From positions 124,001-188,000 of IMG/VR virus record IMGVR_UViG_3300045051_000720: a stretch of DNA of 64,000 nt; one strand, given 5' to 3'. The notes under the pieces are model-generated. The model saw only the letters and a list, made by a program, of their open reading frames with translations, ran no database searches and had not been told where the DNA came from. The position numbers were made by a program, and so were the translations under genes. This document shows positions 41,283-51,372 of the stretch, piece after piece. Positions within the stretch are counted from its first letter, which is position 1. Each line of letters opens with the position of its first letter.

Positions 41283-41945
41283 ATGAACGCTACATCCCCA
41301 ATCGCCACTGGCGATCTGAAGACGGACGGCAACTCGCCGCTCTCGACCGTACCCACCAACATCGATCAACGCCTCGCCGAGATCGAAACCGAACGCGCGC
41401 GGCTCGTCGCGCTTGATGAAGAAAAGAACCGTCTGCTTCGCGAGAAGGAGATCGCGCTGGCCAAGCGGCGGCAGGAGACCCTCGCCACGTTGCCCGGCCT
41501 GTTGCAGGTTGGGTCGCTCAATGAGGTGCTCGATCTGATCCGCAACAGCGGAACGGTGCGGCCCGCCGCTTCGCGCACGAGTGGCGCCCGTATCCCCGAA
41601 TCGACGCGCGCACAGGCCCGTCAGATGCTCGAAGCCGGTACGCCCGTCAACAAGGTCGCAAAGGCCTTGCGTATCGGCGAGGCCACGGTGTGGCTCTGGA
41701 AACGGAGCTGGGGTCTGACCAAGACCCGCACCGTGAAGGCCGCCAAGACCAAACCCGCCAAACGGCGCAACGCCCAGCCCGGCGCGCTGAGTGAAACCGA
41801 GCACGATCGGCTGATCGCGGAGCTGAAGGAGGGCAAGGTGCCCGTGGCGAAGCTGGCGAAGCAGTATCGCAGGTCGAGGGCGCGTATATATCAGATAGCC
41901 AACCACTTAGGCATCCCGACGCCCAGCCTGCGTCACGCCGCCTAG
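41283..41945 (+). CDS. H-NS-like coiled-coil plus two HTH DNA-binding protein
   Basis: N-terminal coiled coil, LPGLLQVGSLNEVL, RIPESTRAQARQMLEAG..VAKALRIGEATV, K/A-rich linker, second HTH. Confidence 0.6.
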   Translation: MNATSPIATGDLKTDGNSPLSTVPTNIDQRLAEIETERARLVALDEEKNRLLREKEIALAKRRQETLATLPGLLQVGSLNEVLDLIRNSGTVRPAASRTSGARIPESTRAQARQMLEAGTPVNKVAKALRIGEATVWLWKRSWGLTKTRTVKAAKTKPAKRRNAQPGALSETEHDRLIAELKEGKVPVAKLAKQYRRSRARIYQIANHLGIPTPSLRHAA

Positions 41946-41982
41946 TCGTTGACACTCGCCTTGAGGGTGGCTATGATAGAGG

Positions 41983-42519
41983 ATGCTCGATCAAGCCACC
42001 CTCAAAGAGTGGGTTCATTACGACCCCGAGACCGGCGTTTTCACGCGCCTCAAGGTAAACACCGTACGGTGGCAGTGCCTTGTCGGACAACCAGTCACCA
42101 ATCGCCGTCACGGTTATATCCGCGTCTACATTGGGAGGCGGGAGTATCCGGCCCACCGCCTAGCATGGCTCTACATGACAGGGGCATGGCCGAAGGTACA
42201 ACTGGACCATATCAACCGCGTCAAGACCGACAATCGGTGGAGCAACCTGCGCGAGGCCACCATAGTTCAAAATGCCGGCAACGTTCCGCCCCAGCATCGT
42301 AAAACACATGGCCGTATGGGCAAGCAGTCCGGTGTCCGTGGTGTCTATTGGCGGGGAGGCTCACCCGTCGACACCAAATGGGTTGCTCATCTCGACAACA
42401 AGCACCTCGGCGCGTTTGATACCATCGACGAAGCCAAGGCGGCCTACGAGGCGGCAGCAAAGGCCAAATGGGGTGAGTTCGCGCACGTCTGGGACCTGAG
42501 AGAGTCAGTCCAGTCTTGA
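41983..42519 (+). CDS. HNH endonuclease with AP2-like domain
   Basis: AHRLAWLYMTG, DHINRVKTDNRWSNLREAT, GVRGV..W.A..LG.F..EA..AY; promoter TTGACA-17-TATGAT at 41949-41977. Confidence 0.92.
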   Translation: MLDQATLKEWVHYDPETGVFTRLKVNTVRWQCLVGQPVTNRRHGYIRVYIGRREYPAHRLAWLYMTGAWPKVQLDHINRVKTDNRWSNLREATIVQNAGNVPPQHRKTHGRMGKQSGVRGVYWRGGSPVDTKWVAHLDNKHLGAFDTIDEAKAAYEAAAKAKWGEFAHVWDLRESVQS

Positions 42520-42550
42520 CAGACCAGTTCAACGCCCCTATATTGGGCGC

Positions 42551-44043
42551 GTGAAGAAGACACTGACATCGGGCAAGGCCCGGACCATTGGGAAGGGGCG
42601 CACTCGCCTTGACGCCGCCGAGAAACGCCGCGCCAACCGTGGCACGCGGCAAGTGCTCAAGCGCGAGACCGAGGTACTCGGCTGGCTGGGTCAACGCATC
42701 CCATGATCTACCTCGTCTCTGCCCACAACGCCATCGGCACCAAAAGCCGCGCGTTTGGCTGGTTCAGTACCGACCGCGAAGCCGACGAAGCTGTGGCCAA
42801 CGACATCGGTGGCCTGCGGGAGGCTCTGTATGACTGGGTGGTCATCGAGAGCCAACCGTCCGGCATCCACGCGACCGCGCGGGTGGTGAGGTGGTATAGA
42901 TGGGGTGATGGGTGGTATAGATCACGCACCGCGCCCGAGTGGGCGAAGGGGATGTGCAATCTGGGAGGGGTCGGATGACCCGACAACGCGCTTTCCAGAT
43001 CGCCCACCGCGAGGCGGGTCTCTGCACCCAGTGTTCTGAACCCGCGGCCAAGGGTGCGACTCGTTGTGCCAAGCACCTCAAGGCGGCGCGGCTGGAGGCA
43101 CGGAAGCGGGCGGGGTGCAAGGCTTGGCGGGCTGGTGCGAGGGGTCGCCCACCCAAAGGATAGCGGTTTAGTACCCCGCGAGACACCGCCCCGCTTTTTT
43201 CGCTTGACGGCGGTGGTCAACTCGGGTACCTTGGCGCCATGACCCAACGCACGACCATCCGCCAGATGTGGGAATACGGAGCAAACGCCGAAGGGTCATT
43301 GGTGCTAGCAAAACCCCTTGAGGGGTGGACCTGTAAAGGTCAATCCGTGTTGGTCGTGCCCTACAATCCAACCTGCCGTCTCGCCACGATCAAACGGACG
43401 ACCAAAACCCTCTGGCCACGCGCCAAGGGCAAGCGCCGTGAGGAGATGGAGGCGCTGGTGATGTACGTGCTCGGCACCGCTTTGACCCCATCTCGGCGCC
43501 CGCGCTGGATGCCATCAAGCGTGGGGTCAACGAAGCCGGGTTGGTTCTAGGGACTTGACCCTATAGACACCACCGCACGACCTGCTATCCTCCAGCCATG
43601 CTCACCAAATCTGACACCGAACTCTGCACCATCATCCTCAACCGATGGGCGAGTCGCACTCGCCGTGCGGAGGCCCTGACCACTTTGGTCACCCGCCGCG
43701 AGGCGACCTCTTACGAGGCGGGAGTCAGATATGGCCATGCGCGAGGCAGTGCCACGGCGGACGCACGGAGGGGACAATGACCCTTATCGATCTGCTCACC
43801 CGCGCCGGGAGCGACCTCAAGCACCAACGGCTTGACGAATCGTTCGTGTCCATGCGACAGAGAAAAACCCATGCTGAGGTTACTTTTTCGACCGAACCGG
43901 AGGTTGCGGCGCAACTCGCGCGCAGTATGTTGACTAATCAAGCGGCCGACTACGTGGGCATTGTCGTGTGGGTGCCGGCGTCGGCCTTCACTCAACACCG
44001 CGACGACGATCTCGTGATCAGAGGTCATTCGGCAACGCCTTGA
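42551..44043 (+). other. Run of small hypothetical CDSs behind three leaderless promoters
   Basis: 42551-42706 (promoter 42516-42544), 42703-42978, 42975-43163 (C..C..C..H), 43239-43550 (promoter 43204-43232), 43598-43780, 43777-44043. Confidence 0.7.
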
Positions 44044-47000
44044 ACGAAAATGGCTTACAAATGCTCAGACCCCAAGTGCGGTAAGGTCCAAGTTGCCTCC
44101 ACCCGTTGCCTAGCCTGTGGCGCGATCTGCTTGCCCCACGTCCTGCCGTGCTCGCCTGCTGGTGCCGATTGCGCTTCAACCACGATGCCGATCACTTCAC
44201 TACCTACAATTTGGGAGGCGTTCTGCGACGCCAGTTACTACGATATGTGGGCCGTGCGCCGCACAACCGAGACCGGCTGGGGTGAGTGCTTCCACCTCAA
44301 CAGCAAGGCTGAGGCCGAAGGGCTGACCAAGCTGCTCAATGACCACAGTGTGCCTTGAGGACGAAAACATGGACCTCGCTGACTACCTTCGCCGCATCGC
44401 CGCCGTTCCGCTGACCTCCGGAACCACGCGCTACGTTCCCGCGTTGTGCCGTCCTTGGCGGCGCAAACAGTGAATGACATGACCTTCATCGTCATTAGCT
44501 GCCTCGCGGCGCTATTCGTTATGCTGTTCGCACACAACGATTGCCGGTAGAACGAACCTGACATGAAAAATCCATTCGACGCCAACCTAAGCAACGACGC
44601 CCTGCGCGAGATTCGCGCCATACTAGAGCGCGAGATGGCCGAACTCATGCGGGTCACTTCTCTTTGCTCTTACGCGCCCGCAATCGAAACGGGCCGCGCC
44701 AACATCGCCAAGGTTCGTAGCCTTATCGCCGCCATCGACGCCGCCCAGTCCTGAACGACCATGAGCAAAATCCCCGACGCATTAGACCTCGCTCGCGAGG
44801 CACTTGACGAAGCCGAGTCCGAGATCAACGCGGTGCTTGATAGCTCGACACCGGAATGGCGTGCGCTTCACGCGCTTCATTCCGCGCTATCCTATCTGCG
44901 GATCGCAATCCGCGAAAACCGCGATTCAACAGCCCGCGCCGCGAACGTCGCAAGCTGTCTCGCCAACGGAATCCAGCCGGACTGACAGAACGAACCATCT
45001 TACGCCCCCTTGAGGCTTAGCCACTCTGGCACTCACCGGGGCACGCTTTAACCGAACGAGCCATCTTGACCATGAGCATTATTCGAGGCCATTGCTTCAC
45101 CAACTTAGACGAGTACAAGCACGAGGAGTGGCCGGAAGCGTTTGTCGCCGTGCCGCGCGAAGGCGCTTCGCTCTATCGCTGACAACGTGGATTCCTGACC
45201 CGCGAACGAACCGAACCGATGACCAACGACGAGCGAGATTTACTTGTGAAAGTGCTATGCACGCAGGACGGGCGCGGGCCTGTCGTGAAACGTAACTCGA
45301 TGCGTTGCTCATTGCTGAGCGTGTCGAGATCCAGCGCGAGAATGCCAAGCTGCGCGAGGAAATTGCCCGACGGAACCGACTCGACCAAATGCCGCACCAC
45401 CACGGCGCAACGGCCTCGGAGTGAGGCGAACGAAGCTATGAACGACAACTGCACCCCATGGCAGGCAACGCCAGCAGGCGACCTGCGGAACCAGATAATG
45501 AACTCCAACATCCCGAAGAACGAGCGGGAGTGGTGGGCAGCGCGCTGCATAAAAGAACTTGAACGCAAGAACGCCAAGCTGCACGAGGCGCTGACAAAAG
45601 CGGAAGCGCACGACGAATCACTCCACGCTTTCGACGACCTGCAATGCTTTGTCGATGACCCTGACACGCGTAACGAGTATTGGCCTGAATACTGCCGCCG
45701 CTGCAACCAACGGCAGGCGCTTGGAACGTCGTGAACGAAAATATGGACACACCACTATTCAGACCCGAAGCGGTTGCGGCATTTAACGCATTCGCCGAGG
45801 CGTTATCAGGGGCGCCGGAAATCCGTCGCCTTACCGCAGTAATCGACTCGCACCATCAGCTCGCGGCCAAATGCCGTTCGCTGCTTTACAACGGCGGAGC
45901 CGGGCCGAATGCCTCACAGCTTCAGCGGGTGGACGCCATGCTCCGCACCATCGCCGGCCTGCCGCCAACCTGACCCGAACAAACCATGAGCGCCCCAACC
46001 TGTCCCCGTTGTGCCTCGCATCGCGTGTCCCGTGTGGGACTGCGCCGCTACGTGTGTGCCGCGTGCGGCAAGGCGTGGAGCGTTCGCAAACCGGCCTGCA
46101 ATTGCCGCCAGTGCCGAACCAAACGCGGATGGAAGTAGGTCCATCGAACGATATGCAAATCGAACTCGTGAGCGGCCCGTACAACGGGCGACGAATCGAA
46201 GACTTGGGAACGGTCGCAATCCGCATGGAGATAGCGGAGCGTTGGCCGCAGCAGGATGGCGACAAGTGCGGTGCTGCCGTGTACGAGCCGAATGCCGAGC
46301 GCACACACGCATTCTGGCTGAACAACGTGTGGGACGGAACCCACGTCGAAACAATCGAGTAACCGAACGAACATGAAACGACTCCGCACCAAGTTTACCG
46401 ACGATTTCCACTTCCGCCGCGCGCTGGAAACCGAACTCAAGCAGCGCATCGCCGACCGTGACTGGCTCAACCGGCAAATCAGACATATCCGTGCCGTCCT
46501 GCGGCTGCGTACGAACTGAATGACATGCACTCGCTTTATTGGCTTTTCTTCCGCTCCCTCGCGTGCCGCCCCAGCATCGGGTTGCGCTGGCGTGTGTGGG
46601 CATGGATTAGCCGGCGCATTTCAGCCGCGAAGCACCGGGCGCGCGGCAACAAGTTTTAACCGAACGAAGGGGCTGATTTTACCATGAACAAGGTCATCAC
46701 CGACGAGATGGTTGCGCAGCTTTCCAAACTCGAAAAGCTGCTGTTTTCTCTGCACCGCGACGAGTCCGACGCCGTGGCGTATAACCAACTCGGCTACGCA
46801 TGGATCAGCTTGAAGCAGGCCCGCGAAGCGATTTTAGGCGAGATGCGCGACGAGCATTTGCTGGGCGAGCAAATCGACGTGTGGAAAGTCTCGGATGGCT
46901 CGTCATCGTATTACACGACCGACGAAGCCGCCGCGAAAACCGAGGCCGAAGGCTGCGACGACATCACCATTTCGCGCGTGAGAATGGCGCGGAAGATTTA

Positions 47001-47790
47001 CGACAACCTGCCCGAGTTCGCGGGCTTCTGAGGCGAACGAACAATCACACCGATGAATCTATCCGAACTGAGGGGTTACAAACGCGGGCAGCGCGAGGGT
47101 GAGAAAATGCGCGCTCAACTGTTGCGCATGGCTGACTGGCTCGCGCGAACCCGCGCTGCTGCGCTCAAAATGGAGCAGCAGAACCGCGGCCGTTTCGACT
47201 CGCTCGCCGACTCTTGCAAGGCCGATGCGGCCAACGCGGAGAAGATGGAACGCGATTGCCGGGATGCGGCGAAGTAAACCACCGGAACGAAAAGGAACTA
47301 TGACTTGGCACACTCTTTCCAGCATTTACCACGGCACCCGCCTCACTGAATTGCTCGCCGCCGCGTGTGACGATGGCATCGGCATCATCGCTCGCTGGAC
47401 CCGTCGCGAAGACGGCGCGTGGGATGTTGAGGCAATGGACACCGAAGGCACAGACGGCATGAAGCCAGTGACGGAGTTTGACGAAGGCGAGTCGGTGCCA
47501 CCGGAGCCGCCATCGGCGGAGGCGGAGCCAAAAGCAGAGGACGAGAGCGAGATTTGGCCACCATGCCCCAAGTGTGGCAGTCAGCAGAGTTACGCGGTTG
47601 TCGGCACCCAGCGACGGTGCTGTACCAACTGCCGAACTAAGTTCTGGCCGGAGACCAACGCAACCAAATGAACAAAGACCACAACTGGGAGGCATGGAAA
47701 TCCGGCTTCATGAGCGGAGCGTTTCTAGCGATCTGCGTCATGTGCAGCATCATCTACCTCGTGACCCACTGGACCCGTTGAACGAAACGA
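44042..47790 (+). repeat. Dispersed GAACGA(A) motif at gene junctions
   Basis: GAACGAA at 44042, 44550, 44988, 45204, 45428, 45733, 46365, 46662, 47035, 47285, 47780; variants at 44753, 45054, 45977, 46146; mostly between a stop and the next start. Confidence 0.75.
44050..47781 (+). other. Cluster of very small CDSs, mostly not ATGA-coupled
   Basis: 44050-44358, 44563-44754, 44761-44985, 45438-45734, 45743-45973, 45986-46138 (Zn ribbon), 46153-46362, 46373-46519, 46684-47031, 47053-47277, 47300-47671, 47668-47781 (TM). Confidence 0.65.
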
Positions 47791-47829
47791 ACGCTGCGAA
47801 ATCACGTAAGTCACTCGGCAGATCGCCCA

Positions 47830-47875
47830 TTTTCGACATCCAACGACAGGCCTTTTCGACATCCAACGACAGGCC
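47830..47875. repeat. 23-bp perfect tandem duplication
   Basis: TTTTCGACATCCAACGACAGGCC twice. Confidence 0.9.
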
Positions 47876-47892
47876 TTTCCTACGACTTTCCC

Positions 47893-49182
47893 ATGAACAA
47901 CGACATTGCCTCGCGCATCCTCGCTTCGATTGCCGCCCTTCCGGTGCATGAGCAAGCCGATGCGATTTCATCCCTCATCGGCTCGGCGCTCTATCAGATG
48001 CCCCTAGCTACGGTCAACGAGGTCCGCGCCGAGATCGCGGGCCAGTTCGATCCCACCATTCCAATTGTCCGCACCACACTCGATCTGATTGATGGGCATC
48101 TGGCGCTGCGCGAGATCGGCGCGATCAACGAGCCATGACCGAGGTCGCACGCCACCTTTCCAATCTGTCGTCGGTCCCGGGCTGGAACCTGACCACGGAC
48201 AAGGTCACCGCGCGGGCGTTATTGGCGCACGAGTGGGTGTTCTGTCAGGGCGACATGCGGGACATCTGCGTTCGGCATCTCGGGCTGGGCGTGTACAAGG
48301 TCTGGACGGAACCACGATGACTGGCTGGCGCACCTTCCGCTGCGCGTGCGGGCTGGCCTTTGAGGAGGCCACTCGCGACGCGCTTTCTCCTTCGCTCACT
48401 ATCTGCCCGCGCTGCAATGAGGAGTGTTTTCCTGATGCTCATCGACTTGACGATCTGGCCACCCACATGGGCAACCTGACCATGCCATGGTCGGCGCGGG
48501 TGAGGGTTTTGGGGGATTTGCCCTAGAGACAACGCCATCTGATCTGCTACCTTTTCACCATGTCCACCCATTTCCCTCAATCCTCCGGTGGGTCCATCTA
48601 CTTCCCCTGTTCACCCGACCAGTTCGCGGTGTTCAAGCGGGGCGATAGGGTCGTGCGCACAGCGGTCAGCGTCCCCTCTTCCTTTGAGTGGATAGAGAGC
48701 GGTGAGCCGCCGCAGAAGGACAAGGTCTATGTGGTTCGCGACTACCACTACGGCTACGCCGAGACCAACGGCGGTCGCCCCCCTGTCTATGGCCAAATCC
48801 TCAATCTGGTCGAGTGCGTGTGTCATAGGACCCCGCAAGGACTTGAATACGGCTGGTTTCACGCGGGTTTTCGTAAGGTGACCGAGGAGGAGATCGCCGC
48901 GCGAGTGGCCCAGACACAGGAGGTTTCTTTATGACCACATCTATACCCCAATGGGTTCTCGACGCCGCCTCCGAGATCGGAGGGATCGGCGAGCATGGTG
49001 TCCAGCGCACCGCCCAGATCATCGCCAAGCACTGCCGCGCGAGTGATCGCTACCGGGCTGCTCTGGTCGCGCTGGTGGGTTCCGATGATCCCAAGACCCT
49101 GCGGGGCATCCGCGCCTATACGGTTCAGTATGCCCCCAACGAGACCGCCATTCTCAACGCCATCGATCTGTTGCTCGAATGA
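47893..49182 (+). other. Run of small hypothetical CDSs
   Basis: 47893-48138, 48135-48320, 48317-48526, 48560-48934, 48931-49182. Confidence 0.7.
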
Positions 49183-49559
49183 ACTGGCGCGCCATGGCCA
49201 AGGCCCCGAAGGACGGGACCCATATTCTGCTCGCCTACCCCTCGTTCAGCGACAACGGTCAGGTCTATGTGGGGATCGGGAGGTGGGTGGATTGCCCACC
49301 CCAAGCCGCGGTCGAGCGCGAATGCCGTGAGGCTTATGACCAACACCGTCCTGTTGTGCCTGTCGATCCGGGCAAACCCCACTGGGAGGTCGCCTATGTC
49401 GCGGAGCTGGAGCACGGCGGGGCCTATAACGGCCACTCCTACGAAGCGCGCTCGGCAACCATCCACCATCCGTTTGGTTGGATGCCGTTGCCCAAGACGC
49501 CCAAGCGTATGTGGCGAGCGACCGCGTCGTTGTCCTACCTGTCCTACCTGAGGGATTGA
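49179..49559 (+). CDS. DUF551-like phage protein
   Basis: WRAMAKAPKDGTHILL..W..HPFGWMPLP. Confidence 0.7.
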   Translation: MNWRAMAKAPKDGTHILLAYPSFSDNGQVYVGIGRWVDCPPQAAVERECREAYDQHRPVVPVDPGKPHWEVAYVAELEHGGAYNGHSYEARSATIHHPFGWMPLPKTPKRMWRATASLSYLSYLRD

Positions 49560-49598
49560 CCCTATTGCGCGCGCCGCGCGGTGTGTTACCATCCGACC

Positions 49599-50144
49599 AT
49601 GAAGACCATCACCCTTCATCGCCTCAAGACCATCCTTGAGAACCTGACCCACGCCACGCCCGTGGGTGTCATCGCTTTGACCACCGCGGACTGCCGCGCC
49701 AAGGGGCCAACCGGCCCCAACCCATGGGGCAAGGATGGCGTCAAGAAACTGACTCGGCTTAACGCTATGATCGGCACGGACCACGAGCTGTCCATCCAGC
49801 GCCAACAGGCCCGCGAGGGTCAGGAAGCCGATTTCCTCGCTGCGCCGCGCTCATGGGGCGTTCGGATCGGACCGGGGTTGGTTGAGCATAGGGGGCAGTA
49901 CTATTTGCCTCTCCAACTCAGTCCCGTCAACGCGGTGCGTCCATTATACTTGGTCCCCCGAGAACGCGGGGCCAAGACCATCCTCACCGCCGTACCCAAG
50001 GAAATCGTTGCACCGTGGTTATCACCCGCGCGGGATGAGCGTGTCTATCAGGGGGTAGTCCGACCGGTAGTTAGGCGCGATCTAAGGCTTGACAGTATCG
50101 TTAGCATCACTCTTGGCGGGGAGAAGTATCGCATTAGATCTTGA
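49599..50144 (+). CDS. Hypothetical phage protein
   Basis: Promoter-like TTGCGC..TACCAT upstream; typical composition. Confidence 0.7.
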   Translation: MKTITLHRLKTILENLTHATPVGVIALTTADCRAKGPTGPNPWGKDGVKKLTRLNAMIGTDHELSIQRQQAREGQEADFLAAPRSWGVRIGPGLVEHRGQYYLPLQLSPVNAVRPLYLVPRERGAKTILTAVPKEIVAPWLSPARDERVYQGVVRPVVRRDLRLDSIVSITLGGEKYRIRS

Positions 50145-50169
50145 CACTAGGCATCGTTTGGCAACACTT
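50141..50169 (+). promoter_or_regulatory. Promoter upstream of the pentamer array
   Basis: TTGACA at 50141; weak -10 (AACACT/ACACTT) ends 3-4 nt before the first repeat. Confidence 0.55.
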
Positions 50170-50172
50170 AAA

Positions 50173-50569
50173 GGCGGGGCTTGGCAGGGCTGGGCACGGC
50201 GGGGCACGGTTAGGCAAGTGTAAGGCAAGGAACGCGGTTCGGTATGGCAACGCGGGGCGACGCCGGGTTTGGCCGGGCGTGGCCGGGCGCGGCGAGGTTG
50301 GGTTAGGCATGGAACATGGTGTGGTGAGGCTGGGTATGGCGGGGCATGAGTAGGGCGAGGAACATGGTAGGGCAAGGCTGGGCGCGGCTGAGCAGGGTCA
50401 GGTCCGGTACGGCTAGGCTCGGTTAGGCAAGGTCCGGGGCAGCGCGAGGTGTGGCACGGCTTGGCTGGGCAACGCACGGCCGGGTCCGGCGAGGCAAGGA
50501 ACGAGGTGAGGTGGGGCAGGGCAGCGCGCGGCGTGGTCAGGCAGGGCTTGGCAGGGCAACGCAAGGTCC
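50173..50569 (+). repeat. GGY-NN pentamer array, putative guide RNAs (VIPR-like)
   Basis: Parsed by hand: 63 GGY-NN plus 7 CGC/AGC-NN pentamers, five 7-nt GGAAC/GGTCC-NN separators and two 6-mers, total 397 nt. Confidence 0.92.
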
Positions 50570-50602
50570 GAGGCGCGACGGTCTATCCGCGCACAATTTC
50601 TC

Positions 50603-50631
50603 TTGACAGTAGGCTCTAACATCACTACCTT
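50603..50631 (+). promoter_or_regulatory. Promoter of the RAMP-like gene
   Basis: TTGACA-17-TACCTT; gives a leader of about 70 nt, unlike most promoters here. Confidence 0.7.
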
Positions 50632-50709
50632 CACATTATCTCCAATAGGCACCTACGCTCAGACAATCACGTCAACGAGCATCACTCGTGACCGAACGAG
50701 ACAACGCAC

Positions 50710-51372
50710 ATGCAAAAGTATAATATCGCACTCGTTGGGGCAAATCCGCTCCTTCTTCATCACGACAACATCTCGTGGGCTGGGCTCATGAACGAATGGA
50801 ATACGGACCCCGCGAACAAAGCCAAGTCCGTCGCGGGCGACGACCGCACTCCCGCTCACCGTTGGATTGGTTGTCTATACCACGAGGGTGGTCGTCTCAT
50901 CGTCCCCAGCGATAACCTCATGACTATGCTGCGTGAGGGTGGCGCGCGATGTCCGACTGGAAAGAAAGGCGCGACGTTCAAACGTCAGACCCAATCCGGG
51001 CTGGTTGTCGACCAGAGCGGATGGTCCTTGACTGTTGATGGCAAGGAAATCCCCTATGATCCTATTGCCAAGCTTATCGACGAGCCCGACTTCACCAAGC
51101 ACGAGAAGACGGTAGCGAAGATGGGTTTTGCGCTGTTTGTTAAACGCGCCCGTGTCAACCAGACCAAACATGTCCGTGTGCGTCCTCGGTTCGACCGTTG
51201 GGAGGCGGCGGGCTCCATTACCGTGTTCGACGATACTATCACTGACCGCGTACTCGAAGACATCCTCAAGTTTGGAGGTCGTTACGCCGGTCTTGGCGAT
51301 TGGCGTCCATCATCCCCGAAATCCCCCGGACCATTCGGAACCTTCACGGTGACCGTTTCCCCCGCATCATGA
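50710..51372 (+). CDS. RAMP/Cas7-like RNA-binding protein (Vipr-like)
   Basis: N-terminal IALVGANPLLLH strand; RVRPRFDRWE..ITV; C-terminal Gly-rich loop GGRYAGLGDWRP..GPFGTFTV; next to the pentamer array. Confidence 0.75.
   Translation: MQKYNIALVGANPLLLHHDNISWAGLMNEWNTDPANKAKSVAGDDRTPAHRWIGCLYHEGGRLIVPSDNLMTMLREGGARCPTGKKGATFKRQTQSGLVVDQSGWSLTVDGKEIPYDPIAKLIDEPDFTKHEKTVAKMGFALFVKRARVNQTKHVRVRPRFDRWEAAGSITVFDDTITDRVLEDILKFGGRYAGLGDWRPSSPKSPGPFGTFTVTVSPAS

Noticed and set aside
43160-43200. Rho-independent terminator after 42975-43163
   Set aside because: A T6 tract is present but the stem (AGCGG/CCGCT) is short with a large loop; too weak to call.
44042-47790. Classical integron cassette array
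   Set aside because: No attC palindromes with paired R and L boxes and no integrase in the window; kept only as a loose analogy.
50173-50569. CRISPR array or simple microsatellite
   Set aside because: There are no 25-45 bp repeats with unique spacers. The constant part is 3 nt and the variable dinucleotides are not clonal as slippage would make them.
50082-50652. Pro/Arg/Gly-rich ORFs across the array (50082-50564 minus, 50141-50353 plus, 50413-50652 minus)
   Set aside because: A 5-nt period does not fit codon structure; these are by-products of the GGY repeats.
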